This document shows, in pieces, positions 9,488 to 18,161 of a DNA stretch of 59,409 nucleotides (the stretch's first letter is position 1; each line of letters starts with the position of its first letter). A model generated the notes under the pieces. The model was not told the DNA's origin and did not search any database. It worked only from the letters and a program-made list of their open reading frames with translations. The stretch is from Myxococcales bacterium LLY-WYZ-16_1 (GTDB lineage: Bacteria > Myxococcota > Kuafuiibacteriia > Kuafuiibacteriales > Kuafuiibacteriaceae). The position numbers and the translations under genes are program-made. Where the stretch lies: the NCBI GenBank assembly GCA_031800475.1, contig DAPKRQ010000097.1:1-59409 (forward strand), read 5' to 3'.

Positions 9488-9745
9488 TCAGTCTTCGGCC
9501 AGCCCGTGCTTCTTGTCGAGCTGGTTCATGAGCCGGACGTACACGAAGATCAGAATGACGAAGACGTAGATGGCTCCTTGTTGTGAGAACCAAAAGCCCA
9601 GCGGAAAGCCGCCGATGTGGATGTTGTTGAGGGGCCCGGCCAGCAAGATGCCGAAGCCGTAGGAGACGACGAACCAGATCGAAAGCAGGGCGATCAGGAT
9701 CCGCAGGTTGGCGCGCCAGTATTGGATTCGAGATGCGTCGGACAT
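9488..9745 (-). CDS. Putative symporter small subunit (DUF4212/DUF485 type), 85 aa
   Basis: C-terminal part of ORF 9488..10639: MSDASRIQYWRANLRIL...GGFPLGFWFSQQGAIYVFVILIFVY..LDKKHG. Two TM segments; GAGGAAGG RBS. Confidence 0.9.
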   Translation of the reverse strand: MSDASRIQYWRANLRILIALLSIWFVVSYGFGILLAGPLNNIHIGGFPLGFWFSQQGAIYVFVILIFVYVRLMNQLDKKHGLAED

Positions 9746-9770
9746 GGTCCCTTCCTCGGCCGTGACACAG

Positions 9771-9786
9771 AGCAAAGAGCGGACCA
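9771..9786 (-). promoter_or_regulatory. Sigma54 (-24/-12) promoter for the small subunit-symporter-porin operon
   Basis: Minus strand reads TGGTCCGCTCTTTGCT versus consensus TGGCACG-N4-TTGCW, with exact GG/GC spacing. Predicted +1 near 9760 gives a 15-nt leader containing the RBS. Confidence 0.7.
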
Positions 9787-9851
9787 ACCTTGCAAGAGCC
9801 TTGGGCGAACTTCTTTCGGTTTCAACGCAACGCGTTGGAGCGTGGGCCTGC

Positions 9852-9879
9852 GTAACAGGCAACGTTACCGATGGTGACA
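9852..9879. promoter_or_regulatory. Candidate upstream activator site: three CbrB-type hexamers
   Basis: GTAACA (9852), CGTTAC (9863) and GTGACA (9874) start exactly 11 bp apart. They match or are one base off TGTTAC/GTAACA and sit midway between two sigma54 promoters. Confidence 0.6.
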
Positions 9880-9942
9880 GGTCCCGAGAGGCAAGGTCAC
9901 TTGCCCGAAATTCGGCGGCGCAGCCCGCCGGCCAACGCGGTT

Positions 9943-9958
9943 TGGCGCATGGCTTGCT
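9943..9958 (+). promoter_or_regulatory. Sigma54 (-24/-12) promoter for the prpE-like gene
   Basis: TGGCGCATGGCTTGCT with exact GG-N10-GC spacing; predicted +1 near 9969. Confidence 0.72.
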
Positions 9959-9970
9959 TCCACCGCCCTC

Positions 9971-11848
9971 ATGGGGTTCGAAGCAGTCTACCGGCGGTCG
10001 ATCGAAACGCCCGAAGCGTTCTGGGCCGAGGCAGCCCGGGCCATCGACTGGGATCGTCCGTGGGATCGGGTCCTGGATGGGGACCGGGCGCCCTTTTATC
10101 GCTGGTTCGCCGGGGCCCGAGTCAACACCTGCTTCAATGCGGTCGACCGGCACGTGGAGGCGGGTCACGGCGAGCAGGTGGCTTTGGTGTACGACAGCCC
10201 GGTCACCGGCACCGTCCAGCGCTACACCTTCGCGGAGCTGCAAGACCGGGTGGCGCGGTGCGCGGGCGTTCTGTCGGAGCTCGGCGTTCGCAAGGGCGAC
10301 CGGGTGATTCTCTACATGCCGATGGTGCCGGAGGCCGTGGTCGGCATGCTGGCTTGCGCCCGACTGGGTGCGATCCACTCGGTAGTATTCGGTGGATTCG
10401 CTTCGGTGGAGCTCGCTAAGCGGATCGACGACGCTCAGCCCAAAGTGATCCTCTCGGCTTCCTGTGGAATCGAGCCAGCCCGTCAGGTTCTCTACAAGCC
10501 GCTGCTGGACGCGGCCATCTCCGCGAGCCGCCATCCGCCCGAGCGCTGCCTGATTCTCCAACGTCCCGAAGCCCCATGCGACCTTCAGGAAGGCCGGGAT
10601 CTCGACTGGCAGAAGGCCGAGCGACGTGCCGAGCCCCACCCCTGCGTCCCCGTGGATGCGACCGATCCTCTATATATTCTGTATACTTCTGGCACCACGG
10701 GGGACCCAAAGGGCATCGTCCGAGACAACGGGGGACACGCCGTGGCCTTGGCTTGGAGCATGAAGCACATCTACGGGGTCGACCCGGGTGAGGTCTTCTG
10801 GGCCGCCTCCGACGTGGGCTGGGTCGTCGGACATTCCTACATCGTGTATGGCCCTTTGCTGCATCGGGCCACGACCGTCTTGTACGAAGGCAAGCCCGTG
10901 GGAACGCCAGATGCGGGCGCGTTCTGGCGGGTGATACAGGACCACCGGGTGAACGTCTTCTTCACCGCTCCCACGGCGTTTCGAGCGATCAAGCAGCGAG
11001 ACCCCGAAGGCGAGCTGGTGGCGGCCTACGACACTTCGTCCCTGCGGAGCCTCTTTTTGGCGGGCGAGCGATGCGATCCCGATACCCTGGAATGGGCCGG
11101 ACGGATCCTCGACGTACCGGTGATCGACCATTGGTGGCAGACCGAGACCGGCTGGCCCGTGGCCGCCAACTGCTTGGGGATCGAGGCCCTCGCGGTGAAG
11201 CCAGGCTCCCCGACCCGGGCCGTGCCCGGGTGGGACGTGCAAGTGGTCGACCCCGACAGCCGGCCGGTCCCGCCCAAGACCATCGGCAACATCGTCTTGA
11301 AGCTTCCGCTTCCTCCGGGGGCTCTGCCGACCCTGTGGAACGCCGAGGAGCGCTTTCGCTCGGTATACCTCGAAGAGTTCCCGGGCTTTTACAAGACCGC
11401 GGACGCTGGCTACCTGGACGAAGACGGGTACCTGTTCGTCATGTCCCGCACCGACGACGTGATCAACGTGGCGGGCCACCGGCTTTCGACCGGGGCCATG
11501 GAAGAAGTCCTGGCTGGACACCCGGCGGTGGCGGAGTGCGCGGTCATCGGGGTGAAGGATGAACTCAAGGGCCAGCGCCCGGTGGCCCTGCTGGTCCTGA
11601 AAGCGGGGGTGAGCACGCCCCAGGAACAGGTCGAGGCGGAGGCGGTGCAGCGGGTTCGGGAGGCCATCGGGCCCGTGGCCGCCCTGAAGAACGTGCACGT
11701 GGTCGAGCGCCTTCCAAAGACCCGGTCGGGCAAGATCCTGCGCCGGACCCTCCGGCAGATCGCCGACGGCGACCGTTTCGAGACCCCCGCCACCCTGGAC
11801 GACCCAGCGATCCTGGACGCCATCGCTCAGCGGCTCGGCGCGCGCTGA
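9971..11848 (+). CDS. prpE: Propionyl-/acetyl-CoA synthetase (PrpE/ACSS3-like)
   Basis: YILYTSGTTGDPKG, FWAASDVGWVVGHSY, DHWWQTETG, GHRLSTGAMEE, and acetylation-site motif LPKTRSGKILRR. Confidence 0.9.
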   Translation: MGFEAVYRRSIETPEAFWAEAARAIDWDRPWDRVLDGDRAPFYRWFAGARVNTCFNAVDRHVEAGHGEQVALVYDSPVTGTVQRYTFAELQDRVARCAGVLSELGVRKGDRVILYMPMVPEAVVGMLACARLGAIHSVVFGGFASVELAKRIDDAQPKVILSASCGIEPARQVLYKPLLDAAISASRHPPERCLILQRPEAPCDLQEGRDLDWQKAERRAEPHPCVPVDATDPLYILYTSGTTGDPKGIVRDNGGHAVALAWSMKHIYGVDPGEVFWAASDVGWVVGHSYIVYGPLLHRATTVLYEGKPVGTPDAGAFWRVIQDHRVNVFFTAPTAFRAIKQRDPEGELVAAYDTSSLRSLFLAGERCDPDTLEWAGRILDVPVIDHWWQTETGWPVAANCLGIEALAVKPGSPTRAVPGWDVQVVDPDSRPVPPKTIGNIVLKLPLPPGALPTLWNAEERFRSVYLEEFPGFYKTADAGYLDEDGYLFVMSRTDDVINVAGHRLSTGAMEEVLAGHPAVAECAVIGVKDELKGQRPVALLVLKAGVSTPQEQVEAEAVQRVREAIGPVAALKNVHVVERLPKTRSGKILRRTLRQIADGDRFETPATLDDPAILDAIAQRLGAR

Positions 11849-11861
11849 GCGAGACCCGGCT

Positions 11862-13733
11862 TCAGGCCGAGTCCGCCCGCTCTTCGTTGCTGCACAGGGC
11901 GTCCAGATCCTCCCGGTCCAGGGTCTCCTTTTCGAGCAGCGTAGAGGTCATGGCGTCGAGGACTTTTCGACGGGACTGGAGGATCTCGCGAGCCTGACTC
12001 ACCCCCGCCTGCAAGATGTTCGACACCTCCAGGTCGATCTCCCGAGCCCGGTGATCGCTGAAGTTCCGTTCTTCCGAAAAGCTCACCGGGGTGTCCAAGA
12101 AGCGGAGCCCGGCGGGCTTGCCAAAGGTCTGGGCTCCAAGTCGCTCGCTCATGCCGAAGCGGCACACCATCTGGCGTGCGGTTTCGGTGGCCCGCTCCAG
12201 ATCGTTCTGTGCCCCGGTGGACACCTCTTCGAACACCAGTTCCTCGGCCACCCGGCCCCCCATCATCACCGCGATCCGGTCGGCGAGCTCTCCGCGCGTC
12301 ATCAGGTGACGGTCTTCCGTGGGCAGCTGCAAGGTGACACCAAGGGCACCGATGGTGCGGGGAATGATGCTGACCCGGTGCACCGGGTCGGCGTGCTCGC
12401 TGCCCATGGCTACCAGGGCGTGTCCCGATTCATGCACGGCGATCCGCTCCAACTCGGTCTGGTTCATGGCCCGATTTCGCTTCTTTAGACCGAGCTGGAT
12501 CCGGTCGACCGCTTCTTCGAAGTCCGCCTGCTCCACCCTCTCCGAACCCCGGCGGGCGGCGGCCAGGGCGGCTTCGTTGACGACCCGGGCCATGTCGGCC
12601 CCCACCATGCCCGGGGTCCGTTTCGCGACCAGCTCCAGATCGACCTGGTCGGACAGCGCGATCTTCTTGGCGTGGACCTTCAAAATGGCATGCCGCGCCT
12701 GGACGTCGGGCCGGTCCACCACCACCTGCCGATCGAAGCGGCCGGCACGGGTCAGGGCGGCGTCGAGCATCTCGGGTCGGTTCGTGGCGGCCATGATCAC
12801 CACCTGGGAATCGCTTTCGAAGCCGTCGAGCTCGGCCAGCAGCTGGTTCAGGGTCTGTTCCCGCTCGTCGTTGGTGCCCATGGCGCCGAGTCCGCCCCGC
12901 GACCGGCCGATGGCGTCGATCTCGTCGATGAACACGATGCAGGGCGCCCGTTCCTTCGCCTGTTTGAACAGGTCGCGGACTCGGGCCGCCCCCACGCCCA
13001 CGAACATCTCGACGAACGAGGAGGCGGTGATCGAAAAGAAGGGGGTGCCCGCTTCACCGGCCACCGCCCGGGCGAGTAGGGTCTTGCCGGTGCCCGGGGG
13101 GCCTACCAGCAGCACACCCCGGGGGATCTGGGCGCCGAGTTGCTGGTAACGTCCGGGCGACCGAAGAAAGTCCACCACCTCCGTCAACTCGCCCTTCGCC
13201 TCGTCCACGCCAGCCACGTCGTCAAAGCCCACCCGAATCTGAGCCGACTCATCGTACAGCTTGGCCTTGTTCCGCCCGAAGGACATGGGGCTCGCGCTTC
13301 CGGGCCCGCCTCCGGCTCCGCCCCGCAGCCCTCGGCCGATCAGGAGGGTTGGCAGCATGATCAGGGCCAAGGGGATCAACCAGAACAGCAACAGCCACCA
13401 CGGCTCGCTTTCGGGCCTGCCCGAGTAGGTCACGTCCCGCGTCTCGAGTTCTTCGATCAACGCGTCCGGGTCGAAGCCGGGCACCCGCTGGGCCGACCAT
13501 GTTTCGGTCTTTGCATCGCCGTCGCTGCCGGTCCCTTCTTCGGGGACGACCTTTGCTTCCACCGCTGCCGCGCCGATCCACACTTCGCGCACCCGGTCGT
13601 CTTCCAGGGCGGTCACGAGTTCGCTGTAGGGCACCGTTCGTTTCGTGGGACCGAACGCGTTTTGCAGGGCGTAAGCCAGGGCCAGGCCGCCGAGCAAGAG
13701 CAGAAGGAGGGACCAGGTTCGTCCGCGGAGCAT
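11862..13733 (-). CDS. ftsH: ATP-dependent zinc metalloprotease FtsH
   Basis: Two TM segments, FDDVAGVDEAK, Walker A GPPGTGKT, Walker B IVFIDEID, SRH ALTRAGRFDR, HESGH, GAQNDLERAT. Confidence 0.95.
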   Translation of the reverse strand: MLRGRTWSLLLLLLGGLALAYALQNAFGPTKRTVPYSELVTALEDDRVREVWIGAAAVEAKVVPEEGTGSDGDAKTETWSAQRVPGFDPDALIEELETRDVTYSGRPESEPWWLLLFWLIPLALIMLPTLLIGRGLRGGAGGGPGSASPMSFGRNKAKLYDESAQIRVGFDDVAGVDEAKGELTEVVDFLRSPGRYQQLGAQIPRGVLLVGPPGTGKTLLARAVAGEAGTPFFSITASSFVEMFVGVGAARVRDLFKQAKERAPCIVFIDEIDAIGRSRGGLGAMGTNDEREQTLNQLLAELDGFESDSQVVIMAATNRPEMLDAALTRAGRFDRQVVVDRPDVQARHAILKVHAKKIALSDQVDLELVAKRTPGMVGADMARVVNEAALAAARRGSERVEQADFEEAVDRIQLGLKKRNRAMNQTELERIAVHESGHALVAMGSEHADPVHRVSIIPRTIGALGVTLQLPTEDRHLMTRGELADRIAVMMGGRVAEELVFEEVSTGAQNDLERATETARQMVCRFGMSERLGAQTFGKPAGLRFLDTPVSFSEERNFSDHRAREIDLEVSNILQAGVSQAREILQSRRKVLDAMTSTLLEKETLDREDLDALCSNEERADSA

Positions 13734-13763
13734 GCCGAATCCGAGATCCTCCCGGACTTCGGG

Positions 13764-14288
13764 TCAAGACGAGGACGGCACCACGTGGGCCAGCAGCTTC
13801 TCGGTCAGCTCCGGGACCGACTGAAGGTCGGTTCGAAGGGTCAGCTCGGGATTCTCCGGTGCTTCGTAGGGGGCGTCGATGCCGGGCAGGTTCCGCACTG
13901 TCCCCTGGGCCGCGGCCGCGTACAGACCCTTCGGGTCTCGGCTTCTCAGCACCGATTCATCGGTCCGCAACAAGACTTCGACGAAGCGTGGGACCCGCTC
14001 GCGCACTCGGTCGCGATGACGGCGGTACGGCGCGGTGGCGCTCACCACCACGATGGCGCCCCCTTCGCTGCAAACGACCGCCAGCTCTTGGACGACCTGG
14101 TAGAGCCACTCCCGCTCTTCGGCGGTGTAGGAGGGCTCGGGAGTCAAGAAGGTCCGAAGCCGATCGGAGTCCAGATGCACCGTCGCCAGGTCCCGGCGGT
14201 GCAGGGCGCCCAACAGGGCTTCGGCCAAGGTGGTCTTTCCGGTGGCGGGTCTTCCGGTGAACCACACCACGGTTCCGAAGGGGGTCAC
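13764..14288 (-). CDS. Adenylylsulfate-kinase-like P-loop kinase (CysC family), 174 aa
   Basis: GTG start overlaps the upstream stop (GTGA). WFTGRPATGKTT, LDSD, RDPKGLY, LPGIDAPYEAPENPEL. Confidence 0.82.
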   Translation of the reverse strand: MTPFGTVVWFTGRPATGKTTLAEALLGALHRRDLATVHLDSDRLRTFLTPEPSYTAEEREWLYQVVQELAVVCSEGGAIVVVSATAPYRRHRDRVRERVPRFVEVLLRTDESVLRSRDPKGLYAAAAQGTVRNLPGIDAPYEAPENPELTLRTDLQSVPELTEKLLAHVVPSSS

Positions 14289-15379
14289 GCCAAGAGTTCC
14301 TCCACCTTCTCGGGGTGGAACGGAGCGCCGTCGAGAAGGCGCTCGGAGAAGCGGAGCAGTCGGTCGCGCAGCTCGGGGGACACGTCCGGGTACCAGGCGG
14401 GGCAGGCGAGCACCAAGGAACGCCAGGCGTACAACGGCCCGATCGAACGGAACATCTCCTCGTCGGGCCGGCGCTCCAGGTAGCTGGCGAAAAACCGGGA
14501 CCACAGCTGGCGCAGAGCCCCGTCGAAGCGGTCGCGCTCCCGGAGCGCAAAGAACAGGTAGTTGATGCTCAGTGCCGACAGGTCGTCCGCCGGATCCCCC
14601 GCCACCCCCCGGCTGGCGTCGAGCACGCGGAGCTCTACGCCCCCGTTGAACAGCAGGTTGAACGGATGAAAGTCTCCGTGGGTTCGGCGAGCGCGGTCGG
14701 TGCGCCGCTTGAGCTGCCACCGCCAGGAGACCCACTTTTGCTCCAGCCGCTCCAGCCGCTCGGGAGGCGCCACCGGGTCGTTGGCTTCATAGGCGTCGCA
14801 AAGTCCGAATACGCCCTCTCCGCTGCCCAGGGTATCGCGCACGAAACGCCTGTAGGATCGCGCGCTGGCGGTTTCGGAATGAAGCTCCGCCAGGTAACCA
14901 GCCAGGGTCGACGCACGCTCCAGATCCAGTGCCTCCGCCTGGTCTTCGCTGGCCAAGCGCAGGATGTCTTTCACGTAGATTTCCCCCGGGTCGTAGGTGG
15001 TCAGGAGGAATGGCTCGCCCAGCTGGATGCCCTCCAGGCTTCCGTCGGGCCGCACCGTTCCGACCGCCAGGGGTCGGCAGTGCCGGGGGACTCGACTGAA
15101 ACTGTCGAACCCCAAGATGGCGGCCTGATACCGATCGGCCCGGCGGTCGTGCCCGAAGTCGTCGGCGACGCTGGTGCGAAGGACCGTGTCGTGCTCCTTG
15201 CCGCCGGATGAAAAGCGGATCCGGATCGGCTTTCCGTAACCGCCGGCCTTCATGTCCGCGTCGGCCGCGGACCCGATGGGCTCGAATTTGGTGATCTCCG
15301 GCGCGGCGTACCCGAGCTGCTCCAAGAACTGGACCACCGCGCCCGGTTCGAGGGCGGTTCCGAGGATCGAGGGGTGCAT
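14285..15379 (-). CDS. APH/choline-kinase-fold phosphotransferase
   Basis: Catalytic-loop motif THGDFHPFNLLF, then VLDASRG..GDPADD. Confidence 0.8.
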   Translation of the reverse strand: MHPSILGTALEPGAVVQFLEQLGYAAPEITKFEPIGSAADADMKAGGYGKPIRIRFSSGGKEHDTVLRTSVADDFGHDRRADRYQAAILGFDSFSRVPRHCRPLAVGTVRPDGSLEGIQLGEPFLLTTYDPGEIYVKDILRLASEDQAEALDLERASTLAGYLAELHSETASARSYRRFVRDTLGSGEGVFGLCDAYEANDPVAPPERLERLEQKWVSWRWQLKRRTDRARRTHGDFHPFNLLFNGGVELRVLDASRGVAGDPADDLSALSINYLFFALRERDRFDGALRQLWSRFFASYLERRPDEEMFRSIGPLYAWRSLVLACPAWYPDVSPELRDRLLRFSERLLDGAPFHPEKVEELLA

Positions 15380-15568
15380 GGGGGCACGGTAAACGCCCCG
15401 GCCGCAGGGCGACAGGCTTTTTCAGGGGCGAGCCCGCCGAAAACCCCGGAACGTTCCACCTTGAAGGTTCGTCCGATCGACCGGGTTCGACCTGCCCGGT
15501 GAAGCCCTTCTCGGCCGGCACACTTCGCTGGACGGGAACAGGCCGGTCGTGGCGAGGGTTGTCCGAAC

Positions 15569-16060
15569 ATGTGGTGGCTGGCCCTCGTCTTCGTCGTCGT
15601 TCCGGCGGCGGAGCTCGCGATTTTGATTCAGGTGGGCACCCAGATCGGGGTCCTGGCTACCCTGGGGCTCGTGGTGCTCACGGCGGTGATCGGAGCCCAT
15701 CTGGCCCGGCTGCAGGGGCTCGACGTGATGCGCCGCTTTCAGCGGTCCATGGCCGAAGGCCGGGTCCCGGCCGATGCGTTGATGGACGGGGCATTTTTGT
15801 TGGCCGCGGGCGCGTTCTTGATGACCCCGGGCTTTTTGACCGACGCCTTCGGTTTCGTCTGCCTGATCCCGCCGGCCCGCGCCGGGTTGAAGCGATGGCT
15901 CGCCCGGCGTTTGAAAGGACGGATCGAGATCCGAACCTACGGGACGGGGCCCGATCCCTTCGACCCGCGTTTCGGTCCCCCCGGCCCCCGTCCGGGGACC
16001 CCGGACGACGTGCTCGACGTGGAGCCTCCTGCGGAAGAGTCGTCCCGCCGAGCGTCCTGA
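15569..16060 (+). CDS. fxsA: FxsA family membrane protein
   Basis: PAAELAILIQVG, G..LARLQG, GAFLMTPGFLTDAFG; Pro/Asp-rich tail. Confidence 0.9.
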   Translation: MWWLALVFVVVPAAELAILIQVGTQIGVLATLGLVVLTAVIGAHLARLQGLDVMRRFQRSMAEGRVPADALMDGAFLLAAGAFLMTPGFLTDAFGFVCLIPPARAGLKRWLARRLKGRIEIRTYGTGPDPFDPRFGPPGPRPGTPDDVLDVEPPAEESSRRAS

Positions 16061-16063
16061 CGA

Positions 16064-17959
16064 TCACGGCGCACAGCCCAGGCCCCGAGCCAGGTCTGAC
16101 GCCGACCATCGAAGGGCCCGCTCGGTGAGGACGTCCCGGGCCACCAGGTGGTTTCCGGTCCACGCCAAGTCGGCGATCCATCCGGCGCCGGCCACCAGCA
16201 CCAGTGAATCGAATCGGCCATCGCCCCGCAAAAACCCCACGACGCTTCTGTGCCGCACCGGACTCGCATCCTGGCCCACGAGCGCCACGGCCACCACGCC
16301 GCGTTCGCATCGGCCCAGGGGTGGGATCACCTGGGCTGCGGTGGGGGCCGCCTGGTCTCCAGCGACGAAGGTACGGATCGCACGGGTGGTGCCGCGATCT
16401 TCGACGAGCAGAGCGCCCTCGATGCCCGCCGTCCATCCGTCGAAGGAGACCGCCGGCGGTTCGAGCCGCACTTGGTGGAGCACCTGGCTTCCGATGTAGA
16501 TCTGCGGGCCTTCCAGAAATTCTTCCGCCTCGCAGGAAGGAACTCCATTCAAGCGACATCGGAGCCACGACCGGTTGTATCCGATCTTGGGTACGACGAA
16601 ACCGCCTTTCTCCGGGATGATGTTCGAGGGGTATTCCAGACTGTCGAAGATCTCGTCTTGAAGGAAAGCGATGCGCCACTGAAATTCTTCCATCGGATCG
16701 AGCCAAAGCTCGAGGGATTGGATGCTTCGAAAGCTGCGAAACACCAAGAACGTGCGATCACCGACCGCCGAGGCTCCGCGACTTCGGACCCAGCTCCGGC
16801 GCCATCCGTCGAACCCAGCGGGATCGGGCACGACGCTGCGGTCTTCGAGGCTGTTCCGATCCAGCACCCGCACCCGCCAAGACTGGGTGTCGATGTCGCC
16901 GGACTCCGGCGGTCGATCCGGTTCGTAGCGAACCGCGAGCACGCCGATGGCGTCGGACGTCCCTGGAAGGGGGATGATGCGATCGAAGTTTCCGTCGCAG
17001 CGCTCGACCGGTGGACTCCGGCCGTCCCAGCGGGCCCGAACCAGGCAAGCGGGCCGCACCGGTCGGTCCGATCGGCAGGACAGGCGGGTCGAAGCCGGTT
17101 CCGGGGCCGCACGGATGCCCCAGACGTGGGGAGGATCGTCCATCACGTCCAACAGACGCCCAGCGTAGGACCGGGAGTAGGCGTCGAGTTGGCAGCTGAC
17201 CGCGGGGCTGTCGATCGGCGGATCATCCGGCCGCCGGAACGACAGGACCCGGGGCGGGATCGAACGGCCCTTCCGAATCGTGCAGGCCCCTGGGTTCGAA
17301 ACCTCGGTGATCCGAGCCTGCCCGAACGCGTCGACGTTCCCTTCGACCGAAAGTTCCCGGACCGGCAGCCGGCCCCCCTGCACGGGCGACGCCACCTCTT
17401 CGTCCCAATTGCCCTCGGGCAAAAAACGCACCCGAAACCCGCAAGGGCCCCCTTCGCGGACGGCGCTCGACACCAACACGGCGGGACCGCATTCGGCGAT
17501 CCAGACTCCAGGGTCGGCGTCCGCCGGGCAGATGTCCGCCACCCGATCGGTGGTCAGTCGGGGCAGGTCCGGAGGTTCGGCCGTGCCGTGGCGGCCGTTT
17601 TCCACCCACAGGGACAGGGTCGGCGCAGCCAGGGCGGTTTCGAAGGGATCCGCCGATCGCGGCCGTTCACCCAGACGGGGCCAGGGTGCAGAGGCTGCGG
17701 TCGAGGTCCGGTAACCCACGACCCACAACCGGCCTCGTTGGACGCCGTTCCCTCGAATCGGAACGGGCAGCTCGAACGGGGCAAACGGGGCCGCGCCCAC
17801 CGGTTCGCCGTCGCTGTCGATCTCGACGGCCGAGATCAAGTCGACTGGGCCTTCGGGCTCGACCCGCCACGGAGTCGGTTCGACGCAGCCCGCGGCGACC
17901 GCCAGGGCCAGGGCGGCCGCGGGAGCCCTCACCTCCCAGGGTCCGGGGTGGGTTTTCAC
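16064..17959 (-). CDS. Large hypothetical lipoprotein (~625 aa); start at 17959 or 17932
   Basis: 3' part of ORF 16064..18685 (the 5' part lies antisense to the GGDEF gene). Signal-like AAALALAVAAG|C, several Cys, beta-rich C-terminus. Confidence 0.6.
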   Translation of the reverse strand: MKTHPGPWEVRAPAAALALAVAAGCVEPTPWRVEPEGPVDLISAVEIDSDGEPVGAAPFAPFELPVPIRGNGVQRGRLWVVGYRTSTAASAPWPRLGERPRSADPFETALAAPTLSLWVENGRHGTAEPPDLPRLTTDRVADICPADADPGVWIAECGPAVLVSSAVREGGPCGFRVRFLPEGNWDEEVASPVQGGRLPVRELSVEGNVDAFGQARITEVSNPGACTIRKGRSIPPRVLSFRRPDDPPIDSPAVSCQLDAYSRSYAGRLLDVMDDPPHVWGIRAAPEPASTRLSCRSDRPVRPACLVRARWDGRSPPVERCDGNFDRIIPLPGTSDAIGVLAVRYEPDRPPESGDIDTQSWRVRVLDRNSLEDRSVVPDPAGFDGWRRSWVRSRGASAVGDRTFLVFRSFRSIQSLELWLDPMEEFQWRIAFLQDEIFDSLEYPSNIIPEKGGFVVPKIGYNRSWLRCRLNGVPSCEAEEFLEGPQIYIGSQVLHQVRLEPPAVSFDGWTAGIEGALLVEDRGTTRAIRTFVAGDQAAPTAAQVIPPLGRCERGVVAVALVGQDASPVRHRSVVGFLRGDGRFDSLVLVAGAGWIADLAWTGNHLVARDVLTERALRWSASDLARGLGCAP

Positions 17960-18161
17960 GGTGCGGACCACCGCTTCAAAGTTTGACCCGCTTTCGCCCG
18001 GGAGGCGAGCCACCGTCTCGGAGCGAGACACCGGTGAAGTGCGAGTCCGCCCAATTCCTCTCGCCCAGCTTCGAAGGGTCTGCCCGGCATCAAGGGCGAG
18101 TCCCGATGGCCGACCGACCCGGGGGGCTGCGGTCTTCGTGCAGCTCCTTCGAGAGCGCGGG

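Noticed and set aside
15380-15568. Sigma32-like promoter for fxsA (CTTGAA)
   Set aside because: No CCCCAT -10 element at the right distance.
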